Below are positions 35,252 through 45,187 of a DNA stretch of 64,000 nucleotides, piece after piece. Made by a program: the position numbers and the translations under genes. Origin of the DNA: an uncultured virus (IMG/VR IMGVR_UViG_3300010354_009789) (Duplodnaviria > Heunggongvirae > Uroviricota > Caudoviricetes); the IMG/VR virus record IMGVR_UViG_3300010354_009789. The stretch is one strand, 5' to 3'. Each line of letters starts with the position of its first letter. The stretch's first letter is position 1. The notes beneath the pieces were generated by a model. The model searched no databases. It saw only the letters and a program-made list of their open reading frames with translations, and was not told the origin of the DNA.

Positions 35252-36234
35252 ATTCTTTTCCAATTTGTAAACTTGACTTTTGCTTCTAATCCTTGATATA
35301 CATTAGATTCTACTATAGATTGAACATCATGTCCAGATAAGGCCATATCGTTGATGTCCTTTTCATGAATTGAAGATGGCCAAATCACTACTTTTTCACC
35401 TCTATCGATTGCTTTGGAGATTCTGGCAGTGATGTCTCTACTGCGCGGTTCGTTATCAAAAACATAAATATAATCGCTCCAATTAAACGACCCAATATCG
35501 ATATCGGCCCCGCACATAGCAACACTATTTTTAATAAAGGTCGAGTCGAATGGTCCTTCGATGATATAGATGGGATCTTGAACATCCACTTGATCGTATC
35601 CGTAAATTTTTGGCGCATCTTCATCCAACATTATAGTAATATATTTAACCTTGGAAGACTTTTGTAAAGATCTTCCTTGTAACCCAATTAGTTGGTTTTT
35701 ATATATAAGCGGAATAACTATCCTCGGTTCATCATACTCAACACTATCGAAAATTGGACCAAGAGTATTGACCCAATTTTTAAATCTATCAGTGTAGAAA
35801 AATTTGTCAGGATCAAGTTTTCTACTCTGAAGAAATTCTCTAGATTGATTATTTGTAGATGCCTTCGGTAGATCAACGATATGATTTTCAGATTTCTTAG
35901 AAAAGTCTGGTTTCTGAAAGTCAAATTCGGGAGACTCTGTGGTAAAATTTCTTCCAGCATGTCCTTCCTTGAACTTTTCAAAGACATACTGTTTGTGTAT
36001 GTTGACATCCAGTTGCTTCAAAAAATTGTTGAATGAAATATTCAACCCGCAATTATGGCACTTGAAGTTTGTATTGTTCTTTACTTGGTAAAGATATCCC
36101 CTTGCCTTATTTTTATTCTTCTGAGAATCTCCACATAAAGGGCACCGAAAATTAAACAGGTTATTCTTCACCCGCTTAAATTTCTGAAGTCTAGAAGAGA
36201 CAAGATTGATGTATTTAACATCAACAAAATCCAT
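35248..36234 (-). CDS. gp61: DNA primase (T4 gp61-like)
   Basis: NFRCPLCGDS, CHNCG, IEGPFDS, FDNEPR, KDINDM. Confidence 0.95.
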   Translation of the reverse strand: MDFVDVKYINLVSSRLQKFKRVKNNLFNFRCPLCGDSQKNKNKARGYLYQVKNNTNFKCHNCGLNISFNNFLKQLDVNIHKQYVFEKFKEGHAGRNFTTESPEFDFQKPDFSKKSENHIVDLPKASTNNQSREFLQSRKLDPDKFFYTDRFKNWVNTLGPIFDSVEYDEPRIVIPLIYKNQLIGLQGRSLQKSSKVKYITIMLDEDAPKIYGYDQVDVQDPIYIIEGPFDSTFIKNSVAMCGADIDIGSFNWSDYIYVFDNEPRSRDITARISKAIDRGEKVVIWPSSIHEKDINDMALSGHDVQSIVESNVYQGLEAKVKFTNWKRI

Positions 36235-36391
36235 AATAAAGAGTTTCCGAATACTTTCAGTCTAACAGACAACTATCGTTTGTCAAGTATTTCCTGCGCC
36301 AATTCGGTGATGATAGAAGTCCATTTTATCACCGAATTGGTGTTCTTTTGCAGCAGATATAGTGAGATCGGTTTCTCAACCTTTATTTTTT

Positions 36392-36970
36392 TCATGTTGG
36401 CATAATGCCTATTCTTGGGATATTTATCAAGAATTCACCTTTCGTTATCACTTCCGGATCCTTTTCCTCCACGTCATTTTTGTCTTCCTTAGGTGCAACA
36501 GGTGCAACCTTTTCTATTGGAGGTGGTGTATTGATTGGTTTGGGATTAGTATAATTTGGCCACAATTGTTGTACGGAAGCCATTATTGTTATGAACGCAG
36601 CTACAAATCCACCAGTACCAACAACTATCCATTTAATTCGCATTAACTCTTCAAGTTTATTGGACATATCTTCCAAATCCGGAAGTTGATCAATGACACT
36701 CTCCAGATGATCAAGTTTCTCCAAACAATAATTTACAGACTCATCATTTTTTTCACCCATCTCATTAACAACTTTATTAATGGCATCGTGATGCTTATAA
36801 AATTGATCAATCTTTTCATTATGAACCGCCAACATATTAAGGATGTTTAAATTAACATCATTAATTTTGTTGATTGCTCTTTCCAATTTATCAACGACAG
36901 CAATAAAATCAACCAATCTCTGCTCTATGATGGCGATCTTTATATCTTCGTTGGGCATACCTTTCTCCAA
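36392..36970 (-). CDS. Coiled-coil membrane hypothetical protein
   Basis: MLAVHNEKI, C-terminal TM segment WIVVGTGGFVAAF. Confidence 0.7.
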   Translation of the reverse strand: MEKGMPNEDIKIAIIEQRLVDFIAVVDKLERAINKINDVNLNILNMLAVHNEKIDQFYKHHDAINKVVNEMGEKNDESVNYCLEKLDHLESVIDQLPDLEDMSNKLEELMRIKWIVVGTGGFVAAFITIMASVQQLWPNYTNPKPINTPPPIEKVAPVAPKEDKNDVEEKDPEVITKGEFLINIPRIGIMPT

Positions 36971-37021
36971 AACTGGTTCGGATCACACCAATTTTTTACA
37001 AAGAAAAAATAATACTTTCTT

Positions 37022-37228
37022 TTATTTATTTTCTAAGTATTTTACCCATTTTTTATATGTTTTAGGCACTCTGCGATAATCAACTCTTCCAGTAGTGCCA
37101 ACAAATTTATCATATCCAGCAACGGGTCCAGATGAATCAGCTGATGCGCCAAACCCCCCCTGAGAACCGGCGGCGTTTCCTACCATCATCTCTTTAATGA
37201 CTTGAATGATTCTATCAATCTTCTTCAT
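37022..37228 (-). CDS. Hypothetical protein
   Basis: MKKIDRII...GPVAGYD. Confidence 0.65.
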   Translation of the reverse strand: MKKIDRIIQVIKEMMVGNAAGSQGGFGASADSSGPVAGYDKFVGTTGRVDYRRVPKTYKKWVKYLENK

Positions 37229-37607
37229 CTTGCTTATAGATCTGCTGTAATTGTTTATAACATTCCAAATCAATTGGAATATCATGAAAAAAACATTTAG
37301 GGTATTCTGGGATTTTATTCATGAATAGAATAAATGTTTTTGTAGGGGACCAGAGTTCCCTTTCCAGTTTATAAAACAACATTGGCGTTGCTGCTTCACC
37401 GAATATATTATAAAGAATTATAAAATGATTTATTAAAAGGTGAGTTTTTAGCTCACCCGTACTCTTATATCTCTTTAACAATCGTTTGATATATTTAAAG
37501 TAATTAAGATCTTTATCAAAATCCTCTTTCGTCACAGATTGAGGATTTTGATAGTGCTTGATCGCGAATAGTAGAAAATTATCACTATTCAATTCATTAA
37601 ATTGCAT
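37215..37607 (-). CDS. Conserved T4-like cyanophage hypothetical protein
   Basis: FAIKHYQNP, FKYIKRLL, HLLINH..LYNIFG. Confidence 0.8.
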   Translation of the reverse strand: MQFNELNSDNFLLFAIKHYQNPQSVTKEDFDKDLNYFKYIKRLLKRYKSTGELKTHLLINHFIILYNIFGEAATPMLFYKLERELWSPTKTFILFMNKIPEYPKCFFHDIPIDLECYKQLQQIYKQDEED

Positions 37608-37625
37608 AACAGATGTCTACAAAGA

Positions 37626-38378
37626 TCAAGCTACAATACTGAGGAATGTTGTTCCGATTCCAACGCCGCTGTTTCCAGTTGTTCCCCCGCCACCGATATT
37701 GCGTAGGAGATCTGAAGCAAATGAACTAGTAACTCCCAGAGCACCACTTACATCGGTGATGATACCACTAAATCCACGACTCATATCGATTTGTATTCTT
37801 TGTCCAGCAGCGCCGCCGGGAGCGGTGAATGCAAATGCAACTCTATTAGTGATCTGTCCGTTATAGTTAAAAGATTCTCTCAAACCAACGCCATTGATAT
37901 GATTATATACTGTTCCAACACCAAACGAACTGGCAGTTGCAACAGTAAACGTTCCACCGGAAAGTTGAAGGTGAATTGTTGCGCCAGCGGAACACCATAC
38001 CAGTTCATTAAACACCAAGTGAACATATCCAGTTGCACCTGTGCTAATTCCCGATGTTCCACCACCAACAAGACTGATAATTGATGACTTATTTGGATCC
38101 TCAAAAAATACAGCAACTGGTGTTGCCAATCCAAGTCCAGTCTCATCCGCTGCGGTACTATTTGTATTCAGTCCAGCAACAGGAACAAGAACTTCATCAT
38201 AATAATTTTTTGATAGTCCTGAATGCTCATCAGAACCATATCTTCTATAAACCCAACCACGCTCATCAGCAAAACAATTCCAAGGCGTATTTGTCCTGTC
38301 GTATTCGTTCAAATGCTTTGGAAGCGCATAATTATTTGCTTGTGTTTCAGTGGTTGTTGAAATACCCCAGAGAGCCAT
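37626..38378 (-). CDS. Putative virion structural protein
   Basis: MALWG start, G/T/S-rich beta protein, TATAAATA upstream at ~38415. Confidence 0.65.
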   Translation of the reverse strand: MALWGISTTTETQANNYALPKHLNEYDRTNTPWNCFADERGWVYRRYGSDEHSGLSKNYYDEVLVPVAGLNTNSTAADETGLGLATPVAVFFEDPNKSSIISLVGGGTSGISTGATGYVHLVFNELVWCSAGATIHLQLSGGTFTVATASSFGVGTVYNHINGVGLRESFNYNGQITNRVAFAFTAPGGAAGQRIQIDMSRGFSGIITDVSGALGVTSSFASDLLRNIGGGGTTGNSGVGIGTTFLSIVA

Positions 38379-38471
38379 TTTGCTTACCTTTCTATAAAAA
38401 TTTTGTGCTAAGAATATTTATAAAAAGAGGAGATCAAAGATCTCCCCTATGGTTATACCCAAATTACTAGT

Positions 38472-38657
38472 TCAAGGTGTTGGATCTACAGCACCTTTGC
38501 CCTTCAGAACTTCCTGAACTCTCAGGAGAATAAAGGAAGCAATGCCATTAGCCTTAACTCTTGGCCAAGCACCAAGAAGTTCAGAAAGAATAAAGGCTAC
38601 GGTTGCAAGTGCTGCCTGATTTGCATGAACCCATGCAAGAATTGCGGCGAGTTCCAT
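38472..38657 (-). CDS. Small membrane protein
   Basis: GGAGG RBS; hydrophobic; ..SELLG..P.VKANG. Confidence 0.7.
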   Translation of the reverse strand: MELAAILAWVHANQAALATVAFILSELLGAWPRVKANGIASFILLRVQEVLKGKGAVDPTP

Positions 38658-38704
38658 AGAATTAACCTCCAATAGATTGGATATCCAGTATTATTTATTC
38701 AAAA

Positions 38705-40681
38705 TCAACCATCAGCATTCACTGGAAGTTTATTTTGCTGCTGGAGTCTCAGTCTTTCCTTTTCAACTTGCTGCTTCTTCATCTGGATTCTCTTCAGATT
38801 CATAAGTTGCTGTCTCCTTAAAGCATCTTGCTTTTTCTCAGCGGTCCTTTGTGTTGAGACCGTTTTATCATCCGCTGGAGTTTCCTGATCAACAATTGCG
38901 GATTCTTTTACTTCTGGCAATTCACTGCGCTTGGTCTTTGCAAAATCGCGAAGTTGTTTCGCAGTCATGCTCTTAGCAAGTTCAGCAACCTTAGCAGAAG
39001 GTGCTTCCATTTCACCTCTCTTTGTTGAGAGAGCCATGCCCATCAGTTTCTGCTGCTTTCCACTTACAGCAACTTCATTGACCATCTCTTCTTTCATGGC
39101 GTCTACAACTTTTTGTGCCGCCTTTCTAATTCCACGCTTTACGGAAGTTTTTGCTCTTTGAAGTTTTGGTTCCACAGTTTGCTTCAGGTTTCTTGCCTTA
39201 TTATATGCAGAGACTGCCAACTTACCAAGAAACTCCTTTGCTTTGGACTTGAGTTTGGATTTTACGGAAGCGGGTCTTTCAGTATCATGCCCATAACTCA
39301 CTCTTGCTTCAATAGCATACTCAAGTGCTTCACTTACCAAATCAAGATCATATCCCTCACAAATCAACTCATCAAAAACTTCTTCAATTACAAGTCCTTC
39401 ACCAAGTTCCCCAAGTGCCCTTGCCTTACGAACTTTCTTTGGATTTAACTTACCACCTGGATAGTTTCTTTCATCATTACCCTCAAAGTCGGGGTCTACA
39501 TTTGCGCGATGACGTGCTGCTCTCTCAGGAGAAAGTCTATCGGTATGAATATCCTTTCTGCGATTAGGAGCAATCTTATCTGCTGCTCTCTTTTCTTTTT
39601 GCTTGAGGGCACTGCGCTTCTTCTTGTAATCTTTGATCGACATGCCCTCTTCAATCTCTGCCTCAGAAATAAGAGGTTCTGGTGTAATCAGATCTACAAA
39701 TTCAACATAGTCATTTCCATTTGCATCCTGAATTACTGTCTCAAGAAGAACACCGCCGATTTCAGAAATAGCAGCACCCATCTCCTCAGTCTTCAAAGTT
39801 GGGTTAATAACGACCTTATTCTTTACCTTCTTTTCCTTAATTTGCTTTTCTTCAATTTCATCAGCAACTTCACGCAAATCAGATCTCCAGTTTGAGAACG
39901 ATTCCTTTCTGATCTTTTTATCCTTTTTAGGAGCCTTTCCACCAGGAGGATTATTTTTACCAGAAACACCTCTATTTGCTTCTGCCTCATCATGATCAAA
40001 ATCAGGATCCTCCATGGGATCATACCAACCCCTACCTTCACTCACGCCATGAGACTTTTTGGAAATAGCAGAAGAGCGAACCTTTCTGCGGTTCAGAAGA
40101 TACTTATCAGTCTTATCATGATCACCATCATTATCAATATCTCTGTCTTCATGCCCAACCTTATCAAGACCCCTTCCCGATTTTACTTTTGCAGTCTGCT
40201 CCCCATGCGCTGCTTCAGCATCATATGCCTTCCCATAACCAGTCATCTCAACTGATTTGATATTTGGATTTGAACGAAGTTGGTTAATCTTTTCGCGGGT
40301 GGCCTTACGCACATAACTTCTACCAGTTTCCTTGTCTGTCACACGAATCTGATATTTGTGTTCCTTATGCTCTTCTTTCTCTTCTTTAACGGGAGTTGGA
40401 TTTACCAATCCAAGCTTTTCCTTTACAGCAAGTTTTTCAGGTCCAGTCATGGTCGTATGCCCCATATACTGACCATATGCCTGATCTACCTTGACACCTT
40501 CCCTCTTAGAGCGATATCTAATATCATAAACAGCTTGGCGAACACGCTTTGCAGATGATTCTTCATCATCCTTTCCCTTCTCAACGTGTTTACCAGTATC
40601 ATGCCTTTCTTTGCCCAATTTGGGCTCAAGGACCTCCTTCACATAAACAGCAGAGATCGCATTTAGAGGATTAACGGACAT
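38705..40681 (-). CDS. Large charged hypothetical protein, putative internal head protein
   Basis: Alternating K/R-rich and E-rich blocks, many (I/L/V)xE sites, ATAAATA upstream. Confidence 0.7.
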   Translation of the reverse strand: MSVNPLNAISAVYVKEVLEPKLGKERHDTGKHVEKGKDDEESSAKRVRQAVYDIRYRSKREGVKVDQAYGQYMGHTTMTGPEKLAVKEKLGLVNPTPVKEEKEEHKEHKYQIRVTDKETGRSYVRKATREKINQLRSNPNIKSVEMTGYGKAYDAEAAHGEQTAKVKSGRGLDKVGHEDRDIDNDGDHDKTDKYLLNRRKVRSSAISKKSHGVSEGRGWYDPMEDPDFDHDEAEANRGVSGKNNPPGGKAPKKDKKIRKESFSNWRSDLREVADEIEEKQIKEKKVKNKVVINPTLKTEEMGAAISEIGGVLLETVIQDANGNDYVEFVDLITPEPLISEAEIEEGMSIKDYKKKRSALKQKEKRAADKIAPNRRKDIHTDRLSPERAARHRANVDPDFEGNDERNYPGGKLNPKKVRKARALGELGEGLVIEEVFDELICEGYDLDLVSEALEYAIEARVSYGHDTERPASVKSKLKSKAKEFLGKLAVSAYNKARNLKQTVEPKLQRAKTSVKRGIRKAAQKVVDAMKEEMVNEVAVSGKQQKLMGMALSTKRGEMEAPSAKVAELAKSMTAKQLRDFAKTKRSELPEVKESAIVDQETPADDKTVSTQRTAEKKQDALRRQQLMNLKRIQMKKQQVEKERLRLQQQNKLPVNADG

Positions 40682-40694
40682 CTTTCAACAATTG

Positions 40695-41897
40695 CTACTT
40701 CTTCTTATACTTATTTATGAAATTTTTAATGTTCTTTGTTTGAGTCATTCTCATTAAATACTTTCTAAGCGCATCAGTTCCAACCAATCGCTGATCAGAA
40801 GGAACTCCTGATTGATCGGTCCATTCAACAACGTCACGAATCCACGGTTTAAACATAACATTATCTTCTGTAACGCAAATAAGATAATTAGCGCCACGGC
40901 GAATAATTTTACCAACCAATCCAGTATTAATATTTTCGACTACATCCCCAACATTAAAAATATTTCCACGGATATAATTATCTCGCAAACCAATCCAATC
41001 ATACTTTGGAGCAATTTCCCACAGATTATATGATTCAGCAACTTTCATGGATTTGCGAAGAGTATTATAAAGTTGCTTTGTAGCTTCGTCATCCAGGGAT
41101 GATGGAACACCATTTCTAAATGTGGCAAAATCTCCCTCTGCAGCTGCCTTTCTAAGTTTTGATGCGGACATTCCTTCCACACCTTCAGCATCAGGATCTC
41201 TTTCTCCTGCAGATACTACATTAATATCCGCAAAATCATAAAGTTGACCATTATACTGCTTCGATAGTTTTTCAAATTCTGCTTGGCGGTCTGAACCAAC
41301 AACGATATTGACCGATGAATATCCATCAGCATGGGCTCGTTTTAGCACATCGAAAATGGTTTTGGACCCTGCATCATTCACAATCCTTTCACCATGCTTA
41401 GGATACATCTTACGCATCACTTCAATCTTAGTATCTGGATCCAAAGGATTTTTCTTTGGATCATTAGATCTTGAAGGATATATTTTATAGTCACCTTTAC
41501 CAGCAACCTTGGCAACAGAATCTAGAAGTTTTTCATGTCCGATTGTTGGTGGATTGAATCTACCAAAGGCAATAGTAAGAGTTCCTCTGTCTTCAACATC
41601 ACCCTCTTCAGTAGGTGGTTCCTGTTGAGAAGTGGATTGTTGTTGCTTTGGAGCAGGTTCCTGTGCCTGAGTTGCAGCAACAGATTGATTTGCAGCGGTT
41701 CTTTGTTGAGGAGGATCTTGCCCAGGACGCTGAGATTTATTGTAAAACTTTAGTTTTCCACCTTCAGTTTTTGCTACAAATTCCCCGTCTTTATCATACC
41801 ATCCACCGTGGCCATCTCCAGTCAATCCAAGCCTCTTTGCTTGCATGACTGCCAGTGATTTACCTGCTTCTGAGAGAAATCTAGAGAAACTTTTCAT
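40695..41897 (-). CDS. Cytidyltransferase-like (HIGH-fold) nucleotidyltransferase
   Basis: FGRFNPPTIGHEKL, VVGSDR, SAGERDPD, MSASKLR. Confidence 0.88.
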   Translation of the reverse strand: MKSFSRFLSEAGKSLAVMQAKRLGLTGDGHGGWYDKDGEFVAKTEGGKLKFYNKSQRPGQDPPQQRTAANQSVAATQAQEPAPKQQQSTSQQEPPTEEGDVEDRGTLTIAFGRFNPPTIGHEKLLDSVAKVAGKGDYKIYPSRSNDPKKNPLDPDTKIEVMRKMYPKHGERIVNDAGSKTIFDVLKRAHADGYSSVNIVVGSDRQAEFEKLSKQYNGQLYDFADINVVSAGERDPDAEGVEGMSASKLRKAAAEGDFATFRNGVPSSLDDEATKQLYNTLRKSMKVAESYNLWEIAPKYDWIGLRDNYIRGNIFNVGDVVENINTGLVGKIIRRGANYLICVTEDNVMFKPWIRDVVEWTDQSGVPSDQRLVGTDALRKYLMRMTQTKNIKNFINKYKKK

Positions 41898-41928
41898 ATT
41901 TATAAAACTTGCATTTTTATTTATCGTT

Positions 41929-43122
41929 TCAATCGGATGACCAATTTTTATCGGCAGTAAAGTTTGCTCGCGAAAATTCAAGTCTATCAACCAATTTCAA
42001 AGCAGATCCGGATTTAATTGCAACAAATCCCTCAGGAGCTGTTACTTTATAACCATCAGAAGTTCTCAAGAAGGTTCCAAAATCTCTCACATTTTCCAAT
42101 TTACGAATCACAAGATTCTTTGCTTTTTGCAAATTCATATAAGACGCAACTGTAAAATATACAGACCTACCATTCTTAGATAAAAATGACAAACCATCTG
42201 TCTTTATCTTAAGGTATTTATCTCTAGCTGCTGGGGTCTTTTTGCTATACATTTCTTTATCAAGGAGAGATGCATAGTATGTTGTAAATCCATCGGAGAC
42301 TGCTTTTACATTTGCAATCTCCTTTCCCGATCGAATATATGTATTGAAATACTGCTTAAACAGGGTGGACAGTAGAAATTTGCCGTCACCAGTTTCTCCC
42401 AGAATATCCAAAAATGCAGATGCCTGCTTCAGAGATCCCTCCGCCATATTCACTGCAGAATTATATTTGGTGAGTTCTGTTGGGGAAAAATTAGCGGCAC
42501 CAGAGGCATCCTGAAATGATGCGGTTGCAGCATAAACATCAGGTGTATCTTGAAAGGATGAGATATCGACACCAAATGATGCATTCATACTGTCCAGAGA
42601 ACTTCCACTATATTCGGTATGAAACACGATTCCAACTTTGGCCCGCGAAATCTTAGATCCAAGTTTAGAATCAACAGGAACAGTGTATACAATAGTATTT
42701 GGTTGAAAACTATGAACCCTCTCCCCACCAATGGTCTTAATACTCACGTCATCAGTAAAAAGTAAATCTCCCTGAATAACATTTTTGATGCCGAGTTTAG
42801 GTAGATGCTCTAGACATGCCTTCAATTTGGAAGCAAGTTGTCCTGAATAATTCTGGTCAATATCCGCAGGAGTAAACATCAATTTTGGATTTGTCTTCGC
42901 GAATACTGATTTTGTTCCAACGAAGAACAATCCAGTCAAAGGTTCAATTCCACAGATCACAGCAGGAGCGCCATCCCACTTAGTTGTGATACGAATGGAG
43001 GATCTTGGCTCACTCAACATTTTTCCGAGTTCACGCAGAAATGAAATTGCATTTTTTCCGCCGGAAGATCCATGATTTAAAATATCATCTTCCAGGTGTT
43101 CAAGGTGGGTATTTTTTGCCAT
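41929..43122 (-). CDS. Conserved T4-like protein (DUF6267-like, ligase-like KxDG motif)
   Basis: KNTHLEHLED, TTKWDGAPA, QGDLLF, PEGFVA, KLVDRLEFS. Confidence 0.8.
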   Translation of the reverse strand: MAKNTHLEHLEDDILNHGSSGGKNAISFLRELGKMLSEPRSSIRITTKWDGAPAVICGIEPLTGLFFVGTKSVFAKTNPKLMFTPADIDQNYSGQLASKLKACLEHLPKLGIKNVIQGDLLFTDDVSIKTIGGERVHSFQPNTIVYTVPVDSKLGSKISRAKVGIVFHTEYSGSSLDSMNASFGVDISSFQDTPDVYAATASFQDASGAANFSPTELTKYNSAVNMAEGSLKQASAFLDILGETGDGKFLLSTLFKQYFNTYIRSGKEIANVKAVSDGFTTYYASLLDKEMYSKKTPAARDKYLKIKTDGLSFLSKNGRSVYFTVASYMNLQKAKNLVIRKLENVRDFGTFLRTSDGYKVTAPEGFVAIKSGSALKLVDRLEFSRANFTADKNWSSD

Positions 43123-44426
43123 CAGTTTATAATATTGCGAATGTTTGAAAACTGCCCCTTAAGTAGGTGCTTTAGTTCTGAGGAAATGGTTGCAAAGAAC
43201 TGTGGTTGGGAATGAAAGTCTCCTTTATAGCGAAGTTCGATTGAGAGGAGTTTGAAATCCCCCTTGTAGACATCAAAGAAAACCTTGGCAGCATCCTTCT
43301 TGAAGGTTGAATCTGTATCCAGTTTAATGTGCGCCTTCTGCTTTGCAAGGGCAGCTAGGACACATTGAACACTGTCCAGTCCGATGGCATCCCCAGATCC
43401 CATGCTAATATTTCCCTTTTTACATTCTCCAATTCCAGTTACAAGAACAAACTCAAATTTGTTCTGAACAAGATCTTCTAACGTATCTTGCAGCCTACTC
43501 TTCAGAACAAGATTGATCAGAGATTCTGCGAAAAGATCTGCATGTTCATCCATGATATTTAGAAATCCCTGGTATAGGGGATTTAGTGTGTTGCCAACAC
43601 TTTGCAATTTCTCATTCACATAATCCCTCATGGCATTATGTGCCTTTGAGTCTGAGTTCACTAATGATGGATCATCACTAATTGCACTAACATCCTTAAT
43701 ATTGATTAGAAACTCATATTGGGTTTTATTATTCTTTCTTCTTGGAACTTTTGCATCCCATAACTGTTTATTGGTTGCGGTTTTCCAATTATCAACTCCA
43801 TCAATTTTTCCAACCAACTTCAATGGACCATCTTCCTTTGCCTCACGAATTACATCAGCAAAAAACTCTTGCCGATGCTCTAACAATTCCTTTTTTGCAT
43901 CATTAAATGTTGCTCCCTGCATCAAAGTATCGAATGCCTTATTGATGATGGTTGGATCAGCAGCGGTGGTCTTGGGTTTTTTCTTTAAAGAAATTCCCAC
44001 ATAATGATCAGTCCCATACCTAAAGATCACATCGGATGAGTTATAATCTGCCATTCCAAAAGCATTGATCTTAAACTTCTGAACTTCTGTTGGCCACCTA
44101 GTTCCAGTCAAAAATACTTTCGTTGGTGAAGATGCGGTGATTCTATCATACGCATCTGTTTTTAAATAATTACGAACTGCCTTCATGGCAGACATTCCGA
44201 CAAGAAGATCCGTATATACCTTATCAGTATTTTCCCCATCAAGTCTCATGGTCTTGAGGAAATCATTTTTAACCGTCCCGATCCCCTCAACATCATTTCC
44301 CTCCACATTTGCGATCACATCATTAAGAAGTGCTTGCAATTTATTAGGATCTCTAGCCGCGGCATTTATTACAGTATCGCTAATAAATGCAACTCCAGCC
44401 AACATTCCTTCAGATGCTTCCGCCAT
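43122..44426 (-). CDS. Hypothetical protein, possible PD-(D/E)xK nuclease
   Basis: SSDVIF...VGISLKK, ELRYKG. Confidence 0.6.
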   Translation of the reverse strand: MAEASEGMLAGVAFISDTVINAAARDPNKLQALLNDVIANVEGNDVEGIGTVKNDFLKTMRLDGENTDKVYTDLLVGMSAMKAVRNYLKTDAYDRITASSPTKVFLTGTRWPTEVQKFKINAFGMADYNSSDVIFRYGTDHYVGISLKKKPKTTAADPTIINKAFDTLMQGATFNDAKKELLEHRQEFFADVIREAKEDGPLKLVGKIDGVDNWKTATNKQLWDAKVPRRKNNKTQYEFLINIKDVSAISDDPSLVNSDSKAHNAMRDYVNEKLQSVGNTLNPLYQGFLNIMDEHADLFAESLINLVLKSRLQDTLEDLVQNKFEFVLVTGIGECKKGNISMGSGDAIGLDSVQCVLAALAKQKAHIKLDTDSTFKKDAAKVFFDVYKGDFKLLSIELRYKGDFHSQPQFFATISSELKHLLKGQFSNIRNIIN

Positions 44427-44490
44427 TAATCTTCCACATTTTATAGGTATTTATCATATGCCAATAAAAAACCCCCTTGCGGGGGGGCAA

Positions 44491-44766
44491 TCAACCTACA
44501 CCATAACTGATGGCATAGACATTCCCATCTCCTTCTACAGGTCGAATATAATTCAGATAAAGTGAATTATTCTGCCCAAGAGAACGACAAGTCTCTGCAA
44601 CGTCTACGGTCTTGCGAAGTCTAAATTTCATAGATTGTCCAGTCTCACTACTCAGAACATATCCAGAAAAGTAATCTTTAACATCATTGCAAAGATTTCT
44701 AATTTCACCGTCATCATCTTGGGTTTCAATCCAAGAATCAAAATCAGTCGTCTTAGTATAAGTCAT
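44491..44766 (-). CDS. Hypothetical protein
   Basis: AGGAG RBS; ATGA overlap with mazG. Confidence 0.65.
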   Translation of the reverse strand: MTYTKTTDFDSWIETQDDDGEIRNLCNDVKDYFSGYVLSSETGQSMKFRLRKTVDVAETCRSLGQNNSLYLNYIRPVEGDGNVYAISYGVG

Positions 44767-45176
44767 AGATCTCCTTTAACACGGTTTTCTGAACGATAAA
44801 CTTCAAATGCACCCTCAGGATAACGAGCACTCAGTTTCTCAACATTCATAGAGAGAATTTCATTGAAACTCGTATCAAGTGCCATACATGCTTGTGCAAT
44901 ATACCAACACATGTCGCCAAGTTCACGTTTCATGTGAAACACATTTTCCTCACTGTAAGGCTTTCCTTGCAGGAAAATTTTCTTCACTACTTCCGTAAAC
45001 TCACCGGCCTCCGCAGTAAGTCCAAGTGCAGCAGTCAATAGTTGTGGAACATTTGCACCAAGATCGGACAACTCGGAAAGGCGTGCGTTTAAAACATCTT
45101 GATCTAGACTTGGTTGACTAGTGACGGCACGAACAAACTCAACATACCGCTCTTGGTCTACAACCTTTTCACTCAT
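44763..45176 (-). CDS. mazG: MazG nucleotide pyrophosphohydrolase
   Basis: GLTAEAGEFTEVVKK, RELGDMCWY, KLSARYP. Confidence 0.93.
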   Translation of the reverse strand: MSEKVVDQERYVEFVRAVTSQPSLDQDVLNARLSELSDLGANVPQLLTAALGLTAEAGEFTEVVKKIFLQGKPYSEENVFHMKRELGDMCWYIAQACMALDTSFNEILSMNVEKLSARYPEGAFEVYRSENRVKGDL

Positions 45177-45187
45177 CACACATTCTC

